Assembly (NCBI GenBank): GCA_965230935.1
Contig: OZ246400.1
Span: 4,090 to 68,089 of the forward strand
Reading direction: 5' to 3'
DNA: 64,000 bases
Source of the DNA: an uncultured Gammaproteobacteria bacterium
GTDB taxonomy: Bacteria > Patescibacteriota > Patescibacteriia > Magasanikbacterales > JBBTQS01
This document shows, in pieces, positions 37,284 through 47,692 of this stretch. The position numbers were made by a program, and so were the translations under genes. The notes beneath the pieces were generated by a model. That model did not search any database. It was not told where the DNA came from and was given only the letters and a program-made list of their open reading frames with translations. Numbering within the stretch: position 1 is the first letter of the stretch; the number at the start of each line of letters is the position of its first letter.

Positions 37284-37310
37284 TTAGCACTCTCTTGACC
37301 TGAGTGCTAA
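37284..37310 (+). promoter_or_regulatory. CIRCE operator (HrcA binding site)
   Basis: TTAGCACTC-N9-GAGTGCTAA is a perfect match to the CIRCE consensus. It sits immediately upstream of hrcA-grpE-hsp20-dnaK. Confidence 0.9.
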
Positions 37311-37327
37311 TCAATAGTAAACTTGCT

Positions 37328-38020
37328 ATGCAAGATCGACAATTACAACTTTTGAAGGGTCTTGTTGATATGTATGTGCAGACCGCAGAGCCGGTTGGTT
37401 CTCAAGCATTGCTTGATTATTGCAATCTCAATGTAAGCTCAGCTACGGTTCGAAATGATCTGAAAGTGCTGGAGCAGGAAGGTTATGTCAGCTCTCCACA
37501 CACCAGTGCTGGGCGAGTGCCAACAGCAAAAGCCTATCGCTATTATGTTGAGCATTGTATTGCTCCAGTAGTCTCACAAGAGGTCTTGGGTGTTGCCCAA
37601 GAGCACGCAACGGTTGCTGATCCAGTAGTACGCACCAAGGCATTTGCCAAAGCACTTGCGGTACAGATTAACCAAGCGGTGTTTGTGGTCATCTCCCCAG
37701 AGCAACTGTACTACACCGGGTTGTCCCACTTATTCTCGCAGCCAGAGTTTGCAGATCAGGGAAGTGTACAAAATGTGACGCGCTTGCTTGATCGGTTTGA
37801 TGAGGTGGTGCATGATCTGTTTGGTTTGGTGGAAGACAAAGACATGCATGTGCACATTGGTCCTGGAAATCCATTTGGTGATGTGTGTTCTATTATGCAT
37901 ATTCCCTGCGAGATTACTGCAGGGCAGAAAAGTTTGTTTGGTATTTTAGGACCAACACGAATGGACTACAACACGACCATTGGGGTAATGAAATGTGTAA
38001 AAGAATTTTTAGCAAAGTAG
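37328..38020 (+). CDS. hrcA: heat-inducible transcription repressor HrcA (short form)
   Basis: N-terminal winged-helix ERQLQLLKGLVDMYVQTAEPVGSQAL. The first gene after CIRCE. 230 aa. Confidence 0.8.
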   Translation: MQDRQLQLLKGLVDMYVQTAEPVGSQALLDYCNLNVSSATVRNDLKVLEQEGYVSSPHTSAGRVPTAKAYRYYVEHCIAPVVSQEVLGVAQEHATVADPVVRTKAFAKALAVQINQAVFVVISPEQLYYTGLSHLFSQPEFADQGSVQNVTRLLDRFDEVVHDLFGLVEDKDMHVHIGPGNPFGDVCSIMHIPCEITAGQKSLFGILGPTRMDYNTTIGVMKCVKEFLAK

Positions 38021-38021
38021 T

Positions 38022-38504
38022 ATGGCAAAAAAGAAGATGAAAAAAGATGAGCTTGAACAGCAAAGCGCAGAATATCTTAACAATTGGAAACGTGCACTCG
38101 CTGATTATGAGAATCTACAAAAAGATTTGGCGCGGCAAAAGACCCAGATGCGGGTGAATATGATGGAACATGTGGCGCAAGTGGTTCTGCCGATTCTCGA
38201 TAACTTTGCCATGGCATATGAACATCAGCCAAAAGAGGTGAGTGAAGAATGTAGCCAGTGGATGGCTGGAATCGGGCATATCAAAACCCAATATGAGCAA
38301 ATGATTCGTGATTTGGGACTCCAGCCAATCACAACCGAGGGCAAGGTTGATCCTACACAGCATGAGGTGGTAGAGACAATAGAGGATCAGGAGAAAGAGG
38401 ATGACACGATTGTGCGCGTAGCACAAGTTGGATATACGTTTAATTCAACAGTAATTAGACCAGCAAAAGTCGTGGTTGTTAATAACAAGAAATCTAATCA
38501 ATAA
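38022..38504 (+). CDS. grpE: nucleotide exchange factor GrpE
   Basis: GrpE coiled-coil (WKRALADYENLQKD) and C-terminal beta domain (IVRVAQVGYTFNSTVIRPAKVVV). Confidence 0.85.
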   Translation: MAKKKMKKDELEQQSAEYLNNWKRALADYENLQKDLARQKTQMRVNMMEHVAQVVLPILDNFAMAYEHQPKEVSEECSQWMAGIGHIKTQYEQMIRDLGLQPITTEGKVDPTQHEVVETIEDQEKEDDTIVRVAQVGYTFNSTVIRPAKVVVVNNKKSNQ

Positions 38505-38507
38505 CAT

Positions 38508-38942
38508 ATGGCAATTATCAAATGGTCACCAATGACCGACCCATTCGATGAAATGGATCGCATGATCAAACAGTTTGCTGGGTTGCCAGCGATTCGTCAG
38601 CAAGCTGGATTTATTCCACCGGTTGATGTATACGAAACTGATGACGCGATTGTTATCGAAACTCCACTCGCTGGATTTAATCCAGGCGATGTCACAGTTG
38701 AGATGGAAGGCGACACCTTGGTGATTGCCGGGGACAGCAATAGTGAGCGTGAGGTGGATGAGAAGAATTATTATCGCAAAGAGGTTCGTAATGGGACATT
38801 TCGACGTGTGCTGCGTATGCCAGCGAAGATTGATAAAGCAGCTATCAGCGCGGAGTTTGAAAGCGGATTGCTCAAGATCACTGCGCCGAAGATGCAAAAG
38901 GAAGAGAGTAAAAAGATTGAAGTTAAAATCAATAAGAAATAA
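38508..38942 (+). CDS. small heat shock protein (Hsp20/alpha-crystallin family)
   Basis: Alpha-crystallin domain: DVYETDDAIVIETPLAGFNPGDVTVEMEGDTLVIAGD...GTFRRVLRMP...ISAEFESGLLKITAPK. Confidence 0.85.
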   Translation: MAIIKWSPMTDPFDEMDRMIKQFAGLPAIRQQAGFIPPVDVYETDDAIVIETPLAGFNPGDVTVEMEGDTLVIAGDSNSEREVDEKNYYRKEVRNGTFRRVLRMPAKIDKAAISAEFESGLLKITAPKMQKEESKKIEVKINKK

Positions 38943-38962
38943 AACTACATAACTGAAACACT

Positions 38963-40921
38963 ATGCCAAAAATTCTTGGAATCGATCTTGGAACTACCAA
39001 CTCAGCCATGGCAATCATGGAAGGTGGAAGTCCGAAGATTTTGGAAAATGCAGAAGGAAACCGCACTACGCCATCAATGGTGGCAGTGTCCAAAACCGGT
39101 GAGCGGTTGGTTGGTTTAGTTGCCAAGCGACAAGCTGTGACTAATCCAGAGAATACCTTGTATTCAGTTAAGCGTCTGATCGGGCGAAGTTTTGATGATT
39201 CAGAAGTAAAGGCGGTAATGGAGACCGCGCCATACAAGATTGTCAAAGCTGGTGAGGGTGTAAAAGTAGCAATGGGAGACAAAGAATATACTCCGCAAGA
39301 GATCGCAGCCATGGTTTTGGGTAAGCTTAAAGCTGATGCTGAAGAGCGTTTGGGGGAGAAGATTGAAGAAGCAGTGATTACCGTTCCTGCATATTTTGAT
39401 AATGCACAACGACAAGCAACCAAGGATGCAGGGGAAATTGCAGGTTTGAAAGTCGCTCGTGTGATTAACGAGCCTACTGCTGCGGCATTTGCGTATGGGT
39501 TTGATAAGAACAATGATCAAAAGATCGCGGTATATGACTTGGGTGGTGGAACATTTGATGTTTCGATCTTAGAAGTTGCTCATGATGCGCAAGAGAATCA
39601 AAACACGGTTGAGGTGAAAGCAACTAATGGTGATACCCATTTGGGTGGAGATGACTTTGATCAACGTATCATGAAGTGGATTATTGAAGAGTTTAAAAAG
39701 ACTGAAGGCATTGATTTATCAGGCGATCCACTGGCGATGCAGCGTATTAAAGAAGCGGCTGAAAAAGCGAAGATCGAGCTTTCGAGCGCAGCTGAGACTG
39801 AGATTAACCAGCCATTTATTACTAGCGATTCAAGCGGGCCAAAGCACATGGTGATGAAGTTGTCGCGCGCAAAAATGGAAGAGTTGGTTGATGATCTGGT
39901 TACCAAGAGTTTGGAGCCATGTAAGCAAGCGTTGCAAGACGCTGGACTTTCAACCAGTGAGATTAATGAAGTGATCTTGGTTGGTGGAATGACCCGCATG
40001 CCACTCGTGCAAAAGAAGGTTGAAGAGTTTTTTGCGAAAAAGCCGCACATGGGCGTTAACCCGGATGAAGTGGTCGCATCTGGTGCTGCGATTCAGGCAG
40101 GCCAGCTGCAAGGTGATCTTGGTAAAGACATTTTGCTTTTGGACGTGACACCGTTGTCTCTTGGTCTTGAGACTTTGGGTGGTGTAAGCACCAAGCTTAT
40201 CGATCGCAATACCACCATTCCTACCAAAAAGACACAAGTGTTTTCAACTGCTGCTGATAATCAGCCATCTGTTGAGATTCATGTGTTGCAGGGTGAGCGT
40301 GAGATGGCAGGGGATAACAAGACTCTTGGGCGATTTATCTTAGATGGATTACCACCAGCACCACGTGGTGTTCCGCAAGTTGAGGTGAGCTTTGACATTG
40401 ATGCCAATGGAATCTTAAACGTATCTGCAAAAGATAAGGCAACTGGTAAGGAGCAATCTATTCGAATCGAGGCATCAAGCGGACTTTCTAAAGATGAGAT
40501 CGAGAAGATGAAAGCTGATGCTGAGGCGCATGCAGATGATGATAAGAAAAAGCGTGAGTCAATTGATATTCGCAATACGGCTGACACCATGGTCTACACC
40601 ACTGAGAAAATGCTTAAAGAAGCAGATGAGAAAAAGGTAAAGATCGAGGATGCGGACAAAAAAGATGTCGAGGCAAAGCTTGAGGCGCTTAAGAAGGTAA
40701 AGGATGGCGAGGATATTGAGGCGATCAAGAAAGCGTCTGACGAACTTGCCACCACTGCGCAAAAAGTTGGTGCCGCAATGTATCAACAAGAGCAAGCAAA
40801 GCAGCAAGCGGCCGGTGGAGCCGGTGCGCAAGGTGCTGCGGCCGGTGACGGTGCTAAAGCAGATGAGAAGAAAGATGATGTGGTTGAGGGAGAGGTTGTT
40901 GATGAAAGTGATAAGAAGTAA
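38963..40921 (+). CDS. dnaK: molecular chaperone DnaK (Hsp70)
   Basis: [23 protein letters not shown], the substrate-binding domain and an acidic/Gly-Ala C-terminal tail. 652 aa. Confidence 0.95.
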   Translation: MPKILGIDLGTTNSAMAIMEGGSPKILENAEGNRTTPSMVAVSKTGERLVGLVAKRQAVTNPENTLYSVKRLIGRSFDDSEVKAVMETAPYKIVKAGEGVKVAMGDKEYTPQEIAAMVLGKLKADAEERLGEKIEEAVITVPAYFDNAQRQATKDAGEIAGLKVARVINEPTAAAFAYGFDKNNDQKIAVYDLGGGTFDVSILEVAHDAQENQNTVEVKATNGDTHLGGDDFDQRIMKWIIEEFKKTEGIDLSGDPLAMQRIKEAAEKAKIELSSAAETEINQPFITSDSSGPKHMVMKLSRAKMEELVDDLVTKSLEPCKQALQDAGLSTSEINEVILVGGMTRMPLVQKKVEEFFAKKPHMGVNPDEVVASGAAIQAGQLQGDLGKDILLLDVTPLSLGLETLGGVSTKLIDRNTTIPTKKTQVFSTAADNQPSVEIHVLQGEREMAGDNKTLGRFILDGLPPAPRGVPQVEVSFDIDANGILNVSAKDKATGKEQSIRIEASSGLSKDEIEKMKADAEAHADDDKKKRESIDIRNTADTMVYTTEKMLKEADEKKVKIEDADKKDVEAKLEALKKVKDGEDIEAIKKASDELATTAQKVGAAMYQQEQAKQQAAGGAGAQGAAAGDGAKADEKKDDVVEGEVVDESDKK

Positions 40922-41086
40922 TTACTAGATAATCGTGCAGCAGTGACTGTGCAGGTACTCACGAACTGTTTTGGCTTGGATCGTGCGGAGCACGGCAAAA
41001 CAGTGAGTGCGTAGCGAAGCGGTCCGCAGGAGACCGCAAGCGCACCTGCATAAGTGACTGCTGTGCTATTTATTCAGGAATTGATT

Positions 41087-42145
41087 ATGTCCAAAGACTA
41101 CTACAACATCCTCAACATCGACAAAAGCGCCTCTGAAGCAGATATCAAGAAGGCGTATCGTCGCATGGCGCATAAATACCATCCAGACAAAGATGGAGGA
41201 GATGAGACAAAATTTAAAGAAGTAAACGAGGCGTACCAGGTACTTGGTAATCCACAAAAGAAACAACAGTACGATCAGTTTGGTACAACATTTGATCAAG
41301 CAGGTGCAGGTGGCCAAGGGCCATTTGGCGGTTTTGGTGGTCATGCTGGTGGGTTTAACATTAACTTTGAAGATTTGGGCGACATGTTCGGCGACTTTTT
41401 TGGCGGTGGCGGTGGGCGGACTCGTCGCCGCGCCAAAGGGCAGGATGTTGTTATTGATGTCACACTATCATTTGCAGAATCCGTGCTTGGTGTTGAAAAG
41501 ACTATCAAGCTTCGTCTTGGTGTTGATTGTGCAGTATGTAGTGGTTCTGGAGCTGAGCCAGGCACCGGCACGAAGAGTTGCGGGACCTGTAATGGTTCTG
41601 GACAAGTAACGCAGATGCAGCGCACCATCCTTGGTGCTATGCAATCCACACGGGTATGTGATACGTGTAGTGGACAAGGGTCAGTTCCAGAAACACCATG
41701 TAAACACTGTCGTGGTGTAGGAGTAGAGAAGCGCGAAACAGAAACTACGGTTCGGATTCCGGCAGGGATTGCTGATGGTAATACGATTAAATTTCTTGGC
41801 AAAGGCGAAGCGTCGTTGAAAAAAGGCGATCGCGGTGATTTGTTTGTTCGGATTCATGTGCAAACAGACGATCGGTTTATGCGTGATGGATTTGATCTGC
41901 GCGCAACAGAGTATCTTAATTTTTCTCAAGCAGCACTTGGTGATACTATCACGGTGCAAACCGTTGATGGGGAAGTGAAGCTTAAAATTCCTTCAGGAAC
42001 CCAATCAGGAACCGTATTTCGTGTACGCGGTAAAGGAGTTGCTGATCGGGGTGATTTGTATATTACCGCACAGGTAAATGTGCCAAAGAAAATGAATCGT
42101 AAGGCAAAGAAACTTTTAGAGCAGTTGGAGCAAGAGTTGTCGTAA
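41087..42145 (+). CDS. dnaJ: molecular chaperone DnaJ
   Basis: J domain with HPD (YHPDKD), a G/F-rich region, four CxxCxGxG zinc-finger repeats, and a C-terminal domain. Confidence 0.9.
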   Translation: MSKDYYNILNIDKSASEADIKKAYRRMAHKYHPDKDGGDETKFKEVNEAYQVLGNPQKKQQYDQFGTTFDQAGAGGQGPFGGFGGHAGGFNINFEDLGDMFGDFFGGGGGRTRRRAKGQDVVIDVTLSFAESVLGVEKTIKLRLGVDCAVCSGSGAEPGTGTKSCGTCNGSGQVTQMQRTILGAMQSTRVCDTCSGQGSVPETPCKHCRGVGVEKRETETTVRIPAGIADGNTIKFLGKGEASLKKGDRGDLFVRIHVQTDDRFMRDGFDLRATEYLNFSQAALGDTITVQTVDGEVKLKIPSGTQSGTVFRVRGKGVADRGDLYITAQVNVPKKMNRKAKKLLEQLEQELS

Positions 42146-42226
42146 GCATTGACAAAAGTGGGGTATCGTGAGACGATAGACTATCGTCTGAGTCCTCAGG
42201 CGGTGTAACCACAAGAAGGAGTACCA

Positions 42227-42466
42227 ATGACGGAGCACTCAGCGCTACTTGTTGCAGATGTTCCGCCAGGGGGAATATTTCTGTATCAATATCCGCAAGG
42301 CGGGGAAGACATCCTGGTGCTCGGGTCTCCTAAGCCCGACACCATGTACGTGTACGTTCACGTGTTTGGTGACACAAACGGCGAGCGTTTTCTCCTCGCG
42401 CTTACGCGATCAATCGTTCGAGTCTTTGGCTCACGTGACGAGGCGCGTAAGCACGCGGATCAATAA
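42227..42466 (+). CDS. hypothetical small protein (GC-rich micro-insert cargo)
   Basis: AAGGAG Shine-Dalgarno 7 nt upstream of the ATG. 79 codons in a GC-rich segment, followed by a hairpin and T-tract at ~42483-42510. Confidence 0.4.
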   Translation: MTEHSALLVADVPPGGIFLYQYPQGGEDILVLGSPKPDTMYVYVHVFGDTNGERFLLALTRSIVRVFGSRDEARKHADQ

Positions 42467-42543
42467 CCATACTCCACAACCACGACGCGCAGCACCTGCT
42501 GTGCGTTTGTGATTTATGGTATTTTGGGATACAGTATCTTCAT

Positions 42544-42981
42544 ATGAAACCAGGAATAGATTACATCGGCGTTGGTTGCGGAGCATTGATTTTTAATGAT
42601 CAAGGGCAGATGTTGCTTATGCAACGCGCAAAAGGTGCAGCCAACGAGCCTGGATTTTGGGCAAAGCCTGGTGGTGCTATTGAATTTGAAGAAACTGCAG
42701 AGCAAGCAATTAAACGCGAAATCAAAGAAGAGCTTAATATTGATATAGAGATTATCGGCTGGCTGCCACATGTGGATCACAAAACAGCCGAAGGACAACA
42801 TTGGGTAGCAATTAATTTTGTGGCAAAGGTGGTTGGCGGAGAACTTACTAACATGGAGCCGCACAAATGTGATGCAGTCGAGTGGTTTGACTTTGATGCA
42901 CTTCCTGAAAAATTAAATCAAGTTACAACAGAACCGATTGAGCAATACAAAAAAGGGAATGTGATTATGCGGGCTGTATAA
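42544..42981 (+). CDS. NUDIX hydrolase
   Basis: Nudix box GGAIEFEETAEQAIKREIKEELNI (Gx5Ex7REUxEExGU). Confidence 0.8.
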   Translation: MKPGIDYIGVGCGALIFNDQGQMLLMQRAKGAANEPGFWAKPGGAIEFEETAEQAIKREIKEELNIDIEIIGWLPHVDHKTAEGQHWVAINFVAKVVGGELTNMEPHKCDAVEWFDFDALPEKLNQVTTEPIEQYKKGNVIMRAV

Positions 42982-43033
42982 GTTCGTTCTCCAAAATACA
43001 AAAATAGTGTATACTAAGGGCAATCAAGACATT

Positions 43034-43588
43034 ATGGAGGGCGCAATTAGTGTACTTAATGACTTCGCCCAATCGATTAACTGGGGCGCTCCAACATGGG
43101 ATCTGTTCATTTGGATCTTCTTTATTGTTGCGTCTTTTTTGTATGGTATCTCTCTTGGTCGCGATCGTATCATTGTGATTATGGTTGGGTTGTATATGGC
43201 GCTTGCCATTGTTGGCAACTCACCATTTTTGCAAAACTTTACCGCTAATATTCAAATTCAAGGGTTTGGGGTAAAGTTCTCGATTTTTGTTGGTCTTTTT
43301 ATTCTCTTTTTCTTTTTACTTTCTCGCAGTGCACTGGCCGAAGCGCTCGAAGGAATAAAAACAGCCAAAGGCAATTGGCTTCAAGTTGTAGTCTTTAGTT
43401 TGCTGCACGTCGGTTTGCTTGTCAGCATTATTTTGTCCTTTTTGCCGGCCGGATCAGTTGATGTGCTCTCACCATTCACTCAAAAGATATTCAATAGCGA
43501 CACAGCTCGATTCTTGTGGCTACTGCTTCCGGTGATCGCCATGATTCTTTTTCAAGATACAAAAAAAACCGGTCACGACGAATACTAG
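43034..43588 (+). CDS. hypothetical polytopic membrane protein
   Basis: Five hydrophobic helices. No family recognised. Open from GTG 43007. Confidence 0.5.
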   Translation: MEGAISVLNDFAQSINWGAPTWDLFIWIFFIVASFLYGISLGRDRIIVIMVGLYMALAIVGNSPFLQNFTANIQIQGFGVKFSIFVGLFILFFFLLSRSALAEALEGIKTAKGNWLQVVVFSLLHVGLLVSIILSFLPAGSVDVLSPFTQKIFNSDTARFLWLLLPVIAMILFQDTKKTGHDEY

Positions 43589-43612
43589 TGACCAGTACGC
43601 TTTTGTACAATA

Positions 43613-44014
43613 TTACTCGCGCGCGTCCAAGGTTTTGTTTACCCAGCTATCAGCATGGGTATTTTTTTCACGGCGAATGTGAGAGAAGGTGACTTTCCCA
43701 AGTGCAGTTGCGGCGTTGTAGGCTTTGACAAACAGTTTTTGGATTGATGGTTCCTTTACTTTCCAATTCTGATTCATTTGCTCTACCACCAATTTAGAAT
43801 CCAAATAACAATCCGCCGACGTTGCCCCAAGTTTTTTCGCGCGTACTAGTGCTGAGATAATTGCTGAGTATTCAGCAAAGTTATTGGTTTGCTCACCAAG
43901 ATACTCGCCATATTCTGCAAGCACCTTGCCACGGGAGTCTTGAATCACCACACCAGTTGCGGCCGGTCCAGGATTGCCGCGTGAGCCACCATCAGTGTAA
44001 ATCGTTACGTTCAT
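43613..44014 (-). CDS. rnhA: ribonuclease HI
   Basis: IYTDGGSRGNPGPAA and NNFAEY catalytic motifs. 133 aa. Overlaps the recJ stop. Confidence 0.85.
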   Translation of the reverse strand: MNVTIYTDGGSRGNPGPAATGVVIQDSRGKVLAEYGEYLGEQTNNFAEYSAIISALVRAKKLGATSADCYLDSKLVVEQMNQNWKVKEPSIQKLFVKAYNAATALGKVTFSHIRREKNTHADSWVNKTLDARE

Positions 44015-45762
44015 ACTTTTTTAATATCAACAATCTTAAGTTGCAGTTCTTGTCGTCCGTTCCATGAATTAATCCCAATTTCAAATACAATGTCTGCGCA
44101 GTCATTTGCGCTAAACTCCTCAAGCCACTTTTGACTAAAGAAGCTAATAAATTTTTGCACCACACGTCCGTCAGGGGAGCGCGCTAACAATCGCATATGG
44201 TTAGCTTTTTTCCCCACCGGCTGCACATCCACAATCATGGCACGACGTGTCACGAATAATGGTTCTGGATTGGCCACCCCAAACGGCGCAAACCGCTCGA
44301 GCACGCGCCAAAGATCCCAGTTCACTTCATCCAGATTCACCTCAGTTTCAAGCGCGAGTTTGGACACAAGCTCTTTATCACCTAGCTCCCGCTTTGCAAT
44401 CGCCGTCATGGCACGGGTAAATTCAGTATACATGTCTTTGCTTACCAATGAGAAGCCGCACGCCTGTGGGTGGCCGCCGAACTTGGCAAAACAATGCGAT
44501 GCTTCGCCAAGTGCACGGGTAATATGAAATTGCTCGATGCTGCGTCCAGATCCAACATAGGTGTCATTAGCTTCACCTAGTACAATCACTGGTTTGTAAA
44601 ATTCATCTTTTAGTCTACTGGCGATCAAACCAACAATGCCTGGTGACCAGCCGTCACCACGCACAAATAAAATCGGGTCGTTGTCTTGATGGTTGGCATG
44701 GATAAATTTTCGTCCAGCTTTGGTAAGTGTTTCGGTGAGTTTTTGCCGTTGCACATTATGATCTTGAATGGTTTGTGCCAAGGTTTGCGCGCGTTGCGCA
44801 TCAGTCTCAAGTAACAGCTCCAATGCATCTTTGGCATGTGCCATGCGTCCGGCAGCATTAATTCGAGGTGCAATACGAAATCCAATTGTGGACGTATCGA
44901 TCGTTGGCGGCTCGCCATTAATTGGCTGTGTAATACGCGCAGTTTCAAATAGCTTCTGCATACCTTGGCGTTTGGTTTTGTTCAGTACCATCAAACCAAA
45001 GCGGGTGAGCGCACGGGTTTCGTCAAGCAGTGGAACCATATCAGCAACTGAGGAGACCGCGACCAGGTCAAGGAGCCATTTTTCAAAGGCCTCGTGACTT
45101 ATCCCATCAATCGTTTCATTCCCAAGTGATTGATGTTTTCGTAATAATCCCTGGCATAGTTTAAAGGCAACACCACCGCCAGAAAGTGTTTTGTCAGGAT
45201 AGATTTCTCCTTCGCATTTTGGATGCAAAATCGCATATGCTTGCGGGACTTCTTCTGGAATTTGATGGTGATCAGTAATAATGACATCAATCCCTTTTGT
45301 ATTTGCCAGGGCAATTTCTTGTGCATTACTAATCCCGCAATCGCAGGTAATAATGACATTGGTGCCTTCTTGCGCCAATGTTTCTATAGTATTGGTGTTG
45401 AGTCCATAACCATCTTTTTCGCGATGCGGTAAAAAATATCCTACATCAGCGCCCAACGCCGAAAGCGTAGTACAGAGTACTGCAGAGCCACAAATTCCAT
45501 CAGCATCATAGTCCCCATGGACAATAATTTTTTCGCCGTTATCAATCGCCGAAAAAATACGATCCACGGCTTTATGCATATCAGTAAATAAAAACGGATC
45601 ATGGACATCGCGTTCGTAACTCGGATTTAAAAACCGATCAATAACCGCCTTCTCATGCAAATCACGGTTAAACAACAGTTGGGTAATAATTGGTGGAAAT
45701 TGTTTGTGTAAATCAAAAAACGAATCAGGAGCCTTTGCTTTGAGCGCCCAAACTTTTTGCAT
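44011..45762 (-). CDS. recJ: single-stranded-DNA-specific exonuclease RecJ
   Basis: DHH motifs (HGDYDADGICG, ITDHH), plus DHHA1 and OB-fold regions. 583 aa. Confidence 0.85.
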   Translation of the reverse strand: MQKVWALKAKAPDSFFDLHKQFPPIITQLLFNRDLHEKAVIDRFLNPSYERDVHDPFLFTDMHKAVDRIFSAIDNGEKIIVHGDYDADGICGSAVLCTTLSALGADVGYFLPHREKDGYGLNTNTIETLAQEGTNVIITCDCGISNAQEIALANTKGIDVIITDHHQIPEEVPQAYAILHPKCEGEIYPDKTLSGGGVAFKLCQGLLRKHQSLGNETIDGISHEAFEKWLLDLVAVSSVADMVPLLDETRALTRFGLMVLNKTKRQGMQKLFETARITQPINGEPPTIDTSTIGFRIAPRINAAGRMAHAKDALELLLETDAQRAQTLAQTIQDHNVQRQKLTETLTKAGRKFIHANHQDNDPILFVRGDGWSPGIVGLIASRLKDEFYKPVIVLGEANDTYVGSGRSIEQFHITRALGEASHCFAKFGGHPQACGFSLVSKDMYTEFTRAMTAIAKRELGDKELVSKLALETEVNLDEVNWDLWRVLERFAPFGVANPEPLFVTRRAMIVDVQPVGKKANHMRLLARSPDGRVVQKFISFFSQKWLEEFSANDCADIVFEIGINSWNGRQELQLKIVDIKKV

Positions 45763-45767
45763 ATAGC

Positions 45768-45881
45768 TTAATAGCCAATGTTTTGTCCACTCAAAAGCGG
45801 AAGGATGGTAAAGAAGAGCATGCCAAGCACCATGAGCCCGACAAAGATAAGTTGCACAACTTTTTTATGCTTTTTGCGCAT
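45768..45881 (-). CDS. possible 37-aa small membrane protein between lepA and recJ
   Basis: MRKKHKKVVQLIFVGLMVLGMLFFTILPLLSGQNIGY: a basic N-terminus plus one TM helix. The stop is 5 nt from the recJ start. Absent from the ORF track (under 60 aa). Confidence 0.3.
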   Translation of the reverse strand: MRKKHKKVVQLIFVGLMVLGMLFFTILPLLSGQNIGY

Positions 45882-45887
45882 AGAGAT

Positions 45888-47684
45888 TTATCGTTTAAGT
45901 ACGGCGATGTATGCTTCTGGTGGAATATCAACTTTGCCTGCACCCATTGCCATCATTTTCTTTTTTCCTTTCTTTTGTTTTTCAAGCAACTTACGTTTAC
46001 GCGTGACATCTCCACCATACAATTTTGCAGTGACATCTTTGCGCATAGCACTCAGTCGTTCTGCAGCAATAACTTTTCCACCAATCGCCGCTTGAATTTT
46101 TAGTGCAAACATTTGACGTGGCAGTGTTTCTTTCAGTTTTTTTACAATCGCTTTACCGGTTTTAAATGCTTCGTCTCGCCACACAATCGTTGCCAGTGCC
46201 TCGACCGGTTCTTCTGCTACTAAGATATTCAGTCGAACCACATCAGCAACACGATGTTCCGTGACTTCGTAATTAAGCGAAGCATATCCTGAGCTAACAG
46301 TTTTTAGTTTATCATAAAAATCAACCAAAATCGACGCAAGTGGCATATGATAATGCAGTACCACACGTCGACTTTCCCCAGTACCGGTTAAGTACTCCGT
46401 ATTAATGTATTCACCGCGCTTGTCTTGCACCAATGACATGATATTCCCAATCGTCGCTTGAGTAGTCACAATATCAACGGTAACCCATGGCTCGAGAATC
46501 TGTTTGATGTGTGTTGGGTCAGGGAGATCAAGTGGGCTTTTAACAATTATTTCTTCATCGCCAGTTTTGGTGACGCGATACGCAACTGAGGGGACAGTCG
46601 CGGTGATTTCTAAATTATGCTCGCGGCGCAGGCGCTCTTGGACAATCTCCAGATGGAGGAGTCCCAAAAAGCCACAGCGAAATCCATAGCCAAGCGCTTT
46701 TGAGTGTTCAGGTTCAAACTGAAGTGATGCATCAGAAAGTTCGAGCTTGTCCATGGCTTCGCGAAGTGCCGCATAGTCATTTCCTTCTTTTGGAAAAAAT
46801 CCAGCAAACACCATTGGGGTAACTTCTTGATATCCAGCAAGCGCCTCAGTTTGTGTCCGCGATTTTTCAAGCGTGACGGTGTCACCAACGCGACAGATTT
46901 TGATATCTTTAAGACCAGTAACAAGTAAGCCTATCTCTCCGGTGTTAATGGTTTTGGCCGAAGCAAACTGCGGAGTAAAGTATCCAACATCAACTAGCTC
47001 GGCACTCCCTTGCGTACCCATGTAATACACTTTGTCTCGTCCGTTTGCTGCACCATCCATCACGCGCACCGAAGCCACCACACCTTTGTACTCATCATAA
47101 TACGAGTCAAAGATGAGCGCGCGAAGTGGTGCATCAGGATTGCCTTTTGGTGCTGGGATGCGAGCAGTAATCGCATCCAAAATATCTTCAACGCCCTGGC
47201 CGGTTTTTCCACTGGCTAATATGATGTCTTCTTCAGCACAGCCGATGAGACCAATAATTTCTTCTTTGGTTTTTTCAACATCGGCGTTGGGTAAATCAAC
47301 TTTGTTGACCACTGGAATGATTTCGAGATTTTGCTCGATCGCCAAATACAAGTTTGCCAATGTTTGCGCTTGAACCCCTTGAGTGCAATCTACTAACAAG
47401 AGCGCGCCTTCGACAGCAGCAAGTGATCGGGATACTTCATAGGTAAAGTCCACATGACCGGGGGTGTCAATCAAATTCAGGACATGATCTTTGTGTTCCA
47501 TGCGAACAGGCTGTAGCTTGATGGTAATTCCACGCTCACGTTCCAAATCCATTTGATCAAGGAGTTGTGCTTTCATCTCACGCTCAGAAATGGTTCCGGT
47601 AACTTCAAGAAGACGATCGGCAAGCGTGGACTTGCCGTGGTCAATATGCGCGATAATACTAAAGTTTCTAATGTGATCTAACAT
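45888..47684 (-). CDS. lepA: elongation factor 4 (LepA)
   Basis: N-terminus IRNFSIIAHIDHGKSTLADRLL with GTPase G-motifs and the LepA-specific C-terminal domain. 598 aa. Confidence 0.95.
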   Translation of the reverse strand: MLDHIRNFSIIAHIDHGKSTLADRLLEVTGTISEREMKAQLLDQMDLERERGITIKLQPVRMEHKDHVLNLIDTPGHVDFTYEVSRSLAAVEGALLLVDCTQGVQAQTLANLYLAIEQNLEIIPVVNKVDLPNADVEKTKEEIIGLIGCAEEDIILASGKTGQGVEDILDAITARIPAPKGNPDAPLRALIFDSYYDEYKGVVASVRVMDGAANGRDKVYYMGTQGSAELVDVGYFTPQFASAKTINTGEIGLLVTGLKDIKICRVGDTVTLEKSRTQTEALAGYQEVTPMVFAGFFPKEGNDYAALREAMDKLELSDASLQFEPEHSKALGYGFRCGFLGLLHLEIVQERLRREHNLEITATVPSVAYRVTKTGDEEIIVKSPLDLPDPTHIKQILEPWVTVDIVTTQATIGNIMSLVQDKRGEYINTEYLTGTGESRRVVLHYHMPLASILVDFYDKLKTVSSGYASLNYEVTEHRVADVVRLNILVAEEPVEALATIVWRDEAFKTGKAIVKKLKETLPRQMFALKIQAAIGGKVIAAERLSAMRKDVTAKLYGGDVTRKRKLLEKQKKGKKKMMAMGAGKVDIPPEAYIAVLKR

Positions 47685-47692
47685 GAGCCAAG

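Noticed and set aside
45778-46103. Plus-strand ORFs (45778..46095, 45783..46103) overlapping the 3' end of lepA
   Set aside because: They lie antisense to the well-supported lepA gene and the proposed 37-aa small ORF. No coding features.
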